NCBI GenBank assembly: GCA_965202585.1
Contig: OZ241829.1
Coordinates: 37,014,001-37,078,000 of the forward strand
Direction: 5' to 3'
Length of the DNA stretch: 64,000 nt
From: Thalia democratica
Taxonomy: Eukaryota
The notes under the pieces are model-generated. The model worked only from the letters and a program-made list of their open reading frames with translations. It did not search any database and was not told the origin of the DNA. Below, one piece after another: positions 49,501-60,426 of the stretch. Each line of letters begins with the position of its first letter. Within the stretch, counting starts at the first letter, position 1. The translations under genes were made by a program, and so were the position numbers.

Positions 49501-50203
49501 TTTGATGGCTGTCAATGACCTTGGAACTGCTATTTTGGTCGGACGCGTTGCTGCCGGAGCTTGGGTTGGTTCATCAAGCGAACTTGAAGCTGGAGTATTT
49601 GTCAACTCTGACGGAAGTGTTAATGCTTTGGACAACTGGGCTGATGGTTCACCTGGAGATTTCAACAAGTGCGTGTATGTTGATGCAAACGGAAAGTTCA
49701 ACACTGATAATTGTCTTTTCCGTAGACAAGCTGTCTGTGAAAAAGGTTTGCAACTTGTTAAAGCGAATAAAGTTATAAATTATTGAACTAAATTATTATT
49801 TTTTAAATAGCTCGTGCCGGTGGAGAAATTGCCTTCCTCAGTACCTGGCCAAATGGTGCTCAAGCTAGAGCTTCTTGGGTCACCGGATCACCATTCTTGA
49901 AGGTTTCAATACCTACCATGATCAAGAGCGTATCTGTAAGTTTTTAAACACACTATAATTAAACATAAAAAGTTATGTTTCGAACTTATTATTAATTTTT
50001 TGCAGTCATGGTTCTGTACTGTTGTGAGAAACGAAGGTAGCGCAGTGATCTTCTCTCAGAGCGATCTCGAGCGTGTATCTGGAAATGGATACTGCGAATT
50101 CGTTTTCGAAGGAAAAGAACAAGTACCAGTTGGTAGCTGCGTAGTAGAAGCATTGAAAGATAGTAATAGTAATGGTGATTATGATGCTTATGATAATTAT
50201 TAA
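40530..50203 (+). CDS. Same mosaic protein, copy 2 (27 coding exons, 2042 aa)
   Basis: Exons 40530-40590, 40657-40772, 40920-41223, 41380-41531, 41683-41941, 42009-42131, 43054-43250, 43451-43738, 43808-44167, 44224-44313, 44396-44606, 44674-44822, 44891-45127, 45195-45644, 45714-45948, 46017-46235, 46302-46556, 46684-46930, 47000-47238, 47316-47760, 47832-48045, 48530-48722, 48789-48920, 49051-49194, 49260-49745, 49811-49935, 50006-50203. Every exon has the same length as in copy 1 except the last (+9 nt; ends GDYDAYDNY*). No stops or frameshifts were seen, and many differences are synonymous. Confidence 0.93.
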
Positions 50204-50362
50204 ACTAAAAGCATTACAAGATTATAAGCATCATTAGTAATCTCTCTTACGTTAACAATTTTGGAACGGTCTCACCACTATGCATTGTTTAAATATTTTG
50301 TGTATTTAACTCCATGTATAGCTAATTACCACATCTTTTTTTATTAATTTAATTTTACTGCA

Positions 50363-50368
50363 AATAAA
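50363..50368 (+). terminator. Candidate polyadenylation signal of copy 2
   Basis: AATAAA lies ~160 nt after the stop, downstream of the conserved UTR block. The background is AT-rich. Confidence 0.3.
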
Positions 50369-52635
50369 ATGTTCAAACTTGTGAACAAAAAAAATCAGTT
50401 GTTTCTTTTTTTTATTAGTTAATTAATAGTAAAATTAAAATTGTCTATTCCTAACTAGAAGCAATTTTTTGTTATATAAACAGGTAAATACTAGAAAACA
50501 TATTTAAGAATACATAAGTTAGCAATTTAAGTTAAGTATATAACTACACCGTTATCTATTAAATTACCAGTTTGAATATGTTTTGCTTTTAAAACTGATA
50601 AATTACTGGAGTGTTTGAAATTGCCTATTTCATCTTATTCATATATTAAAGTTGTTCTACCATTATCTCAAGCGTTAGGAAAACAGTTCACTTCAATAAG
50701 TATTACTAAGTTTTGTTTTAATCTTTTTTATTTTATTTTACTTATTTTATTTTGTAAACAACTGATAATTATCGACTTTGAAAATGTTGAACAACAGTAA
50801 GTTCAAATCATATAACAAAAACGCGTGTCAATACTTCATAAAATAACTGTTGGTCACTAAAAATTACGTTTTTTAAACAACAAGTGTTCTGTTTGCTAAT
50901 AATAAATTTCAAACAAAAATTAATATAACTATTAAGCTAAGCTATGAAAAACTGTTCAGTTTTACTTTGATTTGGTAAAAATATTAAGTAACGATAAAAC
51001 ATAAAAACATTTGCATTACAAAATTTTAGCGTGTTTCATACTTACAGAAGTTAACTAGACATACGTTGAAACATAAAAAAATGTACTTTTTGGAGGAATA
51101 ATTAAAACAACTTAAAAAAAAAAATTTTTAATCACATGACGTGCGAGAAAGTTTCTGAGTACGAAGTTTAATATCTTCAAATGTAATATGTTCAGTTTTT
51201 TCTTGTTTCTCCTTAAAGATTATTATTGAATTAAAATGTTTTAAATTAATAATTGTCGGTCTTTAAAAAAAAAAAGCAACAACTACTTTGATTATTAGTA
51301 CAATTAAATAGAAGCATACCACCAAAATATATTTTACAAAAAAAAGCATTTTTCATGTTTTTCAAAGATTCGTTATACTTTACTACGTATTACTTTTCTT
51401 TTTAATAATTCAAGTCTATTCATATAAGAAAAACTTTGTAAATAAGCAGCTGTGTAAAGACTGGTGTAACCAAAGGTTATAAAATAGAATCTTATTTTTT
51501 TGCAATATTATAAACTCTTTAGTTTTTAGTAGAAATTAAGAGATATTTAAATTGGAATTGTTCCACTTGTAAATACACCTTTAAGCTGTAGCTTAAACAT
51601 TTTCGTAATGAATTCTACTGATTGGCGATCAAAGGCGTTTCAGGTGTAAACACTTAAAAGACATTGTTAGCTTATAGATTTTCAGCAGATTTTATGATTA
51701 TAAATGTTTATACTTTTTGTTTTAAGTGTAACTACTAAAGTTATAAACTTAGGTTTAAATGGATAATTAAAAATATTGTATGTACAAGAACTGTGATGTA
51801 AAAAAATGTTTGATTCAATTAGCTATCTTCAGTTATAAATGAATTCTTGAAATTGAAGCAAAGATATATGTAGATATTTAGGCTAAACTGAATTTACAAG
51901 ATATATTTAAAAACAATTTAAAAACATAAAACTTATTTAACTTTAACTTGAAAAATATGTTAAATTTTACATTAAGGTTTAAGTAGTACTAAAAACATCT
52001 TTTAAGTATTTAAAAATATTAATCAAAAAGACTTACAAACTAGGTCTCGAAAATTTGTAAGTAAAAATATATAGTTGTTTGTCTTAACTAAAAAGATTGC
52101 TCAATTTACTGAAATGTGAAGAGCTTATTTAAATAAAGATTAATTAAAATAAATTAAAAATTTTATTCACAACCAGGTTTCGGTGACAAAAAATTGCGAC
52201 ATCTTCAAGTTAAATTAAATACTAAACTAAGTAAAACAAACACATGGATTCCTAATTATGTTTTCAGCAAACTAAACTTTAACAAATTAAACTCATAACT
52301 GTATTTATGTATTTAAAAATAATATTTTAAAGGTTACCACGTAACTATAAATTTTACTAAAAATCCAATAGTATTAGAGCGTTTCAAATTTTAATGTTTT
52401 TCATATTGTTTTTATATTTAAATACATAACTTAAGATAGACATAGATTTTTAATTACCACACAATATTCATTACAGTTTTCTAAGTTTACATGTTTAAAC
52501 TTTTAAAGTGGGGCAGCAACCAAGTTATTAATTCCTTTACTTTAATGGAGTTTTTCTGTCAGCGTTTGCTATTACCATTTTCTCACAGATAGAAACAAAA
52601 CAAAAGTATTTTTTGTCTTGTTTATATTCCCAATG

Positions 52636-53072
52636 TGGTGTTGAATGGTTACATGACAATTCAAATTCGGACAACTCAAGTACCGACAGTTAAAATTTTT
52701 GAAAAAATATAAAAAAAACTACAACTTAAAAAGTAAAATGAATTTGAAAAAAAATAAAAATGCGTATGTGGATCTTATTGATATCTACAAGCCACTGTTA
52801 TCTTTTTTGAGAAATCAAAAAAAAATTCAAAGATATTTTGAAATTACTAAAAATAACTATATCTTTTATTCAATTAAAGCCATATCTCAAAAAATATTTA
52901 TATTTTTTGCAAAAAGAAAAAAATGGTCTGTAGATATTTATACGATTTAAATATACATTTTTTATTTTAGACAGATATAAATTACTTTTTTTATTTTTAG
53001 CCGTTTCAATTTTTTATTAATAATTTGAATTGTCCGAATTTGAATAGTCGTGAACCCGTGTGGAATACACCA
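52636..53072. mobile_element. MITE with ~45-bp imperfect TIRs
   Basis: Left TGGTGT...GACAATTCAAATTCGGACAA pairs with right TTGTCCGAATTTGAATAGTC...ACACCA. Confidence 0.6.
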
Positions 53073-53577
53073 GTCCAGTTAATATTGTAATTAAAGAAAC
53101 ACACTAAAAGTTTTTTTGTACATTTTACGCATGTCATTTACAAAAAATGCATACAAATACTATGTTGAGCTTTTTAAAAGTTAAACATTTGAAAATGGAT
53201 AAAATAATTAAAGGAACTAAACAACTGTGTTAAAAAAGTTAATCTTAAATAACAACTAAATTTTATAATTTTTATGCTTAGGAACTACTGAACTCGATAC
53301 TTTTCAGGTTAGTTTCAAATTAAACCTTTTAAAAACGAATAACTTAAGGGTCTGCAAACTATGGTCTGCAGGCCGGATCGCTTAAGTATAACTTTCTGGT
53401 CTGCGATTTGTTAAAGAGTCAATGCACAAGAGCGTAAACTGTTTTATTTTACCTAACAAAGGTTTTTAAAATGACAGTAACATAATCATGAGTAAGCAAT
53501 AAAGAGTATTTAATAGTTATTTCGTTAAAATTTTTTGATTTTAACTTTATTTTTTAAGTTTTTTGTATGAAAAATAT

Positions 53578-53809
53578 GGTATACTGTCAAAATCCACCCG
53601 CGTTCAAAATCCACCTGCGTTCAAAATCCACCCAATTTATTTTTTATATTTTCGTTATTTATTAATCTATTTTATATACTTTTTGCATTTTTTTATTTAT
53701 TTTTTCATTTATCACTATCACTGTTTCCCCTAACCCTTAACCTCGATCGCTAAGCGGTTCTCGAATTTGACTGGGTGGATTTTGATCGGATGGATTTTTA
53801 ACGAGTCCC
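53578..53809. mobile_element. Related MITE with AAAATCCACC subrepeats and 9-bp TSD
   Basis: Three direct AAAATCCACC units at left and inverted GGTGGATTTT-type units at right. GAAAAATAT lies at 53569-53577 and 53810-53818. It shares a 31-nt internal motif (29/31) with the 28.8-kb element. Confidence 0.75.
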
Positions 53810-53828
53810 GAAAAATATACAGTTTATT

Positions 53829-53940
53829 GAACGACAAAAAGACGCTCAAAATGTTTGGTTCAAGAAGCTGGTGCACGAAGAACCTTTCGGTTATCGAGTC
53901 GCACACCACTTGGATACAGTTTAACGTCTCTTGTCCAGGA
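53829..53940 (-). repeat. SINE-like dispersed repeat, copy 4
   Basis: Identical ~40-nt core to copy 1. Confidence 0.7.
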
Positions 53941-56901
53941 TTAATGTATAATGAAAAATAAAAACAAGACTATACGCGCAAATGTATTCTAAGTTCCTTG
54001 TTATAAAACACTGCAGCTCTAGCAAAATGGTTAAAATTTATAAAAATCAAGCAGTAACAAATACAATGAGCATATAAAAGTTATACATAACAACAGCTTT
54101 AGAGTACAAACATTTCTATACCACAGTTACAATATTTACTCATGTGTTTTAAAATTGTATCCTTTTGACAGAAAACATTTTCAACGTTAAAGAGGTTTGA
54201 AAATACAGCTTAACTTATATGTAACTTTATGTTTTTAACTTAGTTTGCCACTTTTTTGACCAAATTTTATGTACTTAGACGCAGTTGATAACTGAAAAAT
54301 TTTGGTTTGATAAATATCTTGTGGTTTTCGTAAAGAAACTATACAGAAAGTATTTTGGTGTGAGCTGTAAGTTTTGTGGATTGAAATTCGTTAGTTGTAA
54401 AGTAATTATTCATAAAAACTAACCTAATAAAATAAATTATGTATGCATATTGTGAAAATATCCGCGTAGTAAAGTTTTCTAATAACGCAAAACATTTTCT
54501 AAGCTTTTTACTGACTTAATTTGTTTTTGAATTATACTTAATTAAACTAAAACCTTATTTTCTTTATTTTTTATTTGTTTGAACAAATTGAGACTTAACA
54601 ACAAAGTTAAATATAGTAGTTGATTTTTATCTATACCTTAATGAAAGTACTTTTAATAAATCCTAACATAACAGTTTTTAGTCTACTTGTAATAAAAGCA
54701 TAATCTATATATTATAGAGAGACTAATAACTCTGGAATGGGATAAATACGCACAACAACGTCACTTTTACACGGAAGACACTTTTGAATAACGTTGCACG
54801 GATAATTTCTGTAAAAAATAGACAAAGTTAGTAAAATAAGACCAGAAATTTTATTAGAACTCATTCTAAAATTAGCCGAAGTAAAAATTTAATAAAATAA
54901 AGACAAACTTAACTTTAAAAAATCGAGTTAAAACTTAACTATAAATAATAAAGTTAATCGTTAAGGAAAGTTCACATGCTTTTAAGTCTTATGTCAACTT
55001 TTTTTTGAATTTTTGTCTTCTTGTTTTTTTCGTTTACTACCAGCTACAAGTGACTATTATGTTTTATGTGCTGTGAAAGGTAATGTTTTTTTTTTCACAG
55101 GAGATCAAGGTGTCGTTTTAATTTTTCAAAGTTATTTAACTGGTGACATTTAAACTTTTTTTCTAATTAACTTTTAATATAAATAAAAAATCTTAAGCTA
55201 TACTTTTTAAAGATTTCAAGTTTAAGAACTCTCACTTACTGAAAAAGGAGACCAAATAACATATGTATCCTACTTTTATAAACTTCTTTGAAAAAATGCT
55301 AACTTAATAAATAAAAATATTTTACAATGTATATGATTTCAAAGATGACACTGACTTAATATTTTTAAACATTGAAACAAAGTACAGAAACGCACTACAG
55401 AGCAAATCGAGACATCCAAATTTTAAAAAATAATAATGTTCTTTTTTTTTATATCTATTCTAGAGTATTACTTTAACGTTTTATTTTTATAATAAAATGC
55501 GTGCCGTAACTCGTGCATCAGCTAGATAGTTCTTAACCTAAAGAATTATGGTTGTACGCTATTATTTACATAAAAATAAAGAATAACTTGAATTTTTTTT
55601 AAAGTTATTATACTTTTGAAATGTTAAGCAACGAGTATTTTTATAAACAAAAAGTTGAAATATAATTTAGTTTAAAACTAGTTTTTAATTTGCTTAAAAG
55701 TTACAAGACTTTTTTTGCATCTAAAAGAGTGTTTAGAATTTTCTTATATAAAACTACACTGAATATGTAAAAACATGTACTCAGTTTACAACTTTACGAA
55801 ACGTATTAAGTAATTAATTTGATCAAAACGCCTTTAATAAAAAAATTTACTTTATTTTAATTTCTACTTTTTTTAAAAGTAATTAAAAACTTATAAGTGA
55901 TTTAAAAGAAAGCCAAACCTAATAGGTTTTATTTTGTTAAGTTAGTCCATTATTATTTTCTAACTATTGTTGTTTAGTTTGAACAAAATTAAATGTATTA
56001 GAAGTTTATATAAACTTTTATTTTATTTTTTTGTATCCACAAAACATAAAGCAAAGTATTTTAATTATATACAAAAATATAATAGTTTTCGAAAGTTTTA
56101 ACATAATACATGTTTAAAACTACTTTAGCAAAATATTGTCTTAGAATTTAAAAATTTATCCAAACAGTTTAATTTTTTACAGAAATAAATTCAGTTTTTT
56201 ATGTAAAAAAAAAATACATCCATTATATGCAAAAGTGTCACTGGTTCAAAAGGAATGCCGTCAAAAACTCCTCCTTTAGTAATAATGATGACATTTGCAA
56301 AAGTGACGTCTTGCATTTCTGACCCAATCACAGTAAAGTACGTACCCCGATTATTGTTCCAGTGCGTTCTTTATGTTATTCTATATTTTAGTTTTGAGCG
56401 TATCAGTGTCAATAGATATTTTTTTAAACTATTAAAAAAACAAATTACTAAATACTTAAAGAAAATTTTAAATCTTAATTCAACAATAAATTGTTTCATT
56501 AGAATTGAAATTACACCAAAGTCTGACGTACAAAATACATTTTCACTAACAGCACACAAGAGATTATATAAATTTAAACCGGTAACTAAACAGATAATGA
56601 ATTGAAAAGAAAAAGTTTGTAAAAAAGTGAGTGAGAAAACAACACCAAAAAACGAGCGAACTTTCCTCCATGAAAATTTTTTAATGAACCATATAATTAA
56701 CTAATAACTTTGATTTATAAAATTAATTTTAATAAAAATTTTTGTTGACTTTTTCTTAGGCTTATTTCATTTATAATGAAGTTCTGTATAAGGTTTAATA
56801 TAATTAGATCTAAATGAGTTTAATAAAAGGTTTGATATAATTTAACTCAGTTCTATTTCAATTTAATAAAAGCCACCCGTACTAAAATGACGATGTCCAA
56901 A

Positions 56902-57115
56902 AGGGGTAGGTGTCAACATGCATAAAGGGTCACTTTTGCACGGGTTAAAACAATAATTTTTCTATCACTGTTACCACTGACCCTTGGTCGGTATTTTTTT
57001 TTTTTTTGACTTATTTAATTTCTATAATTTTCATTTTTCTTTATTTATTCAATTTTTTACTCTCATGCAGAATGACCCTTCGTTCAAAAGTGACGCCGTG
57101 AAAAATTACACTCCT
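56902..57115. mobile_element. Degraded, inverted copy of the 28.8-kb MITE family; further terminal fragments at ~54738-54800 and ~56227-56345
   Basis: GGGTAGGTGTCAA...GGGTCACTTTTGCACGGGTT matches the reverse complement of the 29.3-kb terminus. The CTATCACTGTTACC core is present. Confidence 0.6.
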
Positions 57116-57751
57116 TGCATATCTCTCACTTACACAAGTTAAAAAGTGCTGAAACAACTGTAAAAACTTTGATTTCTTTAATGTGCAATATACTACTTAA
57201 ATTGTTTAAAACTATTGCACGATACGATTTTATAAAAGTACTTATCGCTTCACTACTTTGCATTTTCCAGCAAAGCTCAATTTTATTTAGTAGTTGTTCT
57301 TTGAGCAAAATAAACAAATACTTGTATATTAATTTTTATATCAGGAAACGTAACGTTTATAGTTCCATAATAACTTTAAAAACATTTTGAATTCTAAATT
57401 TAAAATTTTAAATGTAGTTCTATAAAGTTATGATAGTATGTGTGAATAAACCTAACATGTTAAAATTCGAACACCTATTTAAAAATATTAGGAAAAATGT
57501 CTAGGCAGACTAATTATTCAGACTTAAAATCGTTAGCTTGTAATATTTTATTTCTAAAAGAACTTTTGGTATTTTATTAAACAAAAATAAAACAAAAGTA
57601 AATAAAACAATTTTAAGAACTTTTTTTTTGCATATTGTTTTTTACTTTTTTTGCATATCTTATACACTAGCATTCTTTATTTTTAAACTACTTAATTTAG
57701 CTAGGATAGGTTTTTTTTTTATTAAGCTAAAAAATAAGCATAACTTAACTG

Positions 57752-59293
57752 TTTAAGTCTTTTAGTTTAAAAAATAATCTAGGTCTTTAAATTTTAGTAA
57801 AATAACTGTCTAAATTGTCATATAATGTATAAGTACAAAAAAAAAAATTGATAAAATAAAATATTAAGAAAAGATAAAAGTTTTTTGATAATCAAAGCTT
57901 CTGACAATACTTCTAATCTTTGGTATTTAAGAAAAAGAAAAACAAAAACTAGCTTCTAAATTTTTAGCATCTTAAGTATAAAAGCTTAACTTCAGTTACT
58001 TAAAAATGGGTTTACAATTAAAGCAAAGACTATATGTAAAACAAAGATCATAAATGCTTAAATTATGCATGAAATATTACTTCTTAAACAAACCAGTGTG
58101 CTTTATTTTTAACTGAGACATAAAAGATTTACAAGATTGACCAACAAGCTAAAAAAACTTCAAGTAATTAATAATGTATTTAATAAGTGTTAACTTGTTG
58201 TTTACAACTTTTGATGCCTTACAGTTAGGTTAGCTAATTTAAAATTGTATAACTTTTTGTACAAGTGTTACAATTGTTGATTTTTAAAATAAAGTTTTAT
58301 TTTATACCAAATCAAAATAGTTTTGATTTAGGACTTCTTTGTATTGTACAATTTATAATAGTAAGTAATGTTTGTTTATTACTTTAATTTTAGTAGGTAA
58401 TGCTAAAAATGCAATGCATATTTCTTTTTAGTTTGAATTTTTTGCCTAATGTAGTACTATTTTTATTTGAAATATAAACCAAATGATTATTTATATGTTG
58501 TAAATACAACTAACTACTCATGCAATTAATTCAAGGTGTTTATCTGATACTAAAACTTATTAAGTATATTTCAGTACATCTTGCAACTTTTTACACGCTA
58601 ACAAGTTTAAAGAGTAAAAGCAAAGCAAACAAGTCTATAACTTTAAATGCATTCTATATAGTCATTTCGACGGTTGTGCTTATATTCAATATTGTTTTAA
58701 TAGTAATAGTTCATGTATTTTAGCTAAATGTGTTATGTTATATGAGCTTGAAAGCACAGAGAGAAACCGAGACAATAGAAAGAAAATTCGTTTTAGCTTA
58801 ATGCTGAACTTAACTGTGAGGCATCAAAAGTTGTAAACAACAAGTTAACATTTATTAAATACTTTATTAATAGATTTACTTGAAGTTTTTTTAGCTTGTT
58901 GGTCAATCTTGTAAATCTTTTATGTCTCAGTTAAAAATAAAGCACACTGGTTTGTTTAAGAAGTAATATTTCATGCATAATTTAAGCATTTATGATCTTT
59001 GTTTTACATATAGTCTTTGCTTTAATTGTAAACCCATTTTTAAGTAACTGAAGTTAAGCTTTTATACTTAAGATGCTAAAAATTTAGAAGCTAGTTTTTG
59101 TTTTTCTTTTTCTTAAATACCAAAGATTAGAAGTATTGTCAGAAGCTTTGATTATCAAAAAACTTTTATCTTTTCTTAATATTTTATTTTATCAATTTTT
59201 TTTTTTTTGTACTTATACATTATATGACAATTTAGACAATTATTGTACTAAAATTTAAAGACCTAGATTATTTGTTAAACTAAAAGACTTAAA
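57752..59293. repeat. Long inverted repeat: arms ~57752-58234 and ~58803-59293, spacer ~570 bp
   Basis: The arms are near-perfect reverse complements, e.g. CAAAGCTTCTGACAATACTTCTAATCTTTGG versus CCAAAGATTAGAAGTATTGTCAGAAGCTTTG. Mismatches occur mainly at the arm ends. Confidence 0.92.
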
Positions 59294-60426
59294 AAGTTTT
59301 TTTTTAATAGAAAATTGTATTGAAATTTGCAACTGTTTTTGTTATGTACTTTACTAGAAATAAGAAGTTACTGCTGTTCTAGAAAAATATAAACAAGGAA
59401 AAAGATTTTTTTTCAAACAGAATTTATTATATGTTTAACATAGCTTTTGAAAAAAAAATATTTTTTTTAAACAATCTTTTAGATGATAGAGTAATTTAAA
59501 CTTAAAATTATGAGTTTATTGTGTTTAGGTTTTCAACATTATTTCAGTTTTATGTATTTTACCTTCTTAATTCTAAAAACAAAACACAATGTATAATAAA
59601 AATTACTTTTAATTGATTTTGGTTGTAGGTTATTAAAAAAGTAAATATTTTTAGTTTTCTCTATAAAATTAAAGTAGTTTTAGGTTAAGTCTTCAAAACT
59701 GTTTTTTATAAAAATAAAACATAAAGACTAGAACGAAGCTTTTTAAGCAGAACACTAAAGTTTTCGCTTTGAAAAATTTACTATGATACTAAGTAAACAA
59801 AGTTCGTTTTTTGTGCAAAGCATTGTTTAAAGTTAAACAAATACAAAGTTTTATTTAAATTCACATATTCACTTAAAAGTTTGGAAACTAACAGCCTAGT
59901 ACTAAGATAAAAAAAAGAGTATTCTTAGCTTTTATTTTATTAAAAAAGTTAACAGATTTTTTTTAGCTTGTTGTTGTAGTTAAAGTTTTAGTTGCATTTT
60001 CAATTAGAAAACATAATCAGAACATTTTATATAAGCTTTTTCTTTAAAGAAAGGTTTTCTTGAAAAATCTTTAAACATTGTCTGGATTTTTGTCTTTAGT
60101 TTTTATGTTCACAAGCAGTTAAAATATTTGAAATACAAACATTTTGTACAAAATTAAATTATTGTTTCCTTTCACAATGTATTCAGTAAATTGTTAAGTA
60201 TTTTGTTTACTTTATTTTTATTCAGTATATTTAAACATTTTCTACTTTCATTATTTTTTTTTAACCAAGTTATTACTAAAAATATAAGTGTATAAGTCTA
60301 AAAACAAAATTAATAACATATTTATAAATCAATGCTTTATAAACTTTTCAACTATTGTTCAACTTTAAGTTAAGCAGCAACCACAGCTTAAATTACACAA
60401 AAAGCAACAAACAAGTAAAACTAAGT

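Noticed and set aside
55495-55530. GC patch ending in CTAG, like a Helitron 3' end
   Set aside because: The hairpin pairing is poor and no matching 5' TC terminus or second copy was found.
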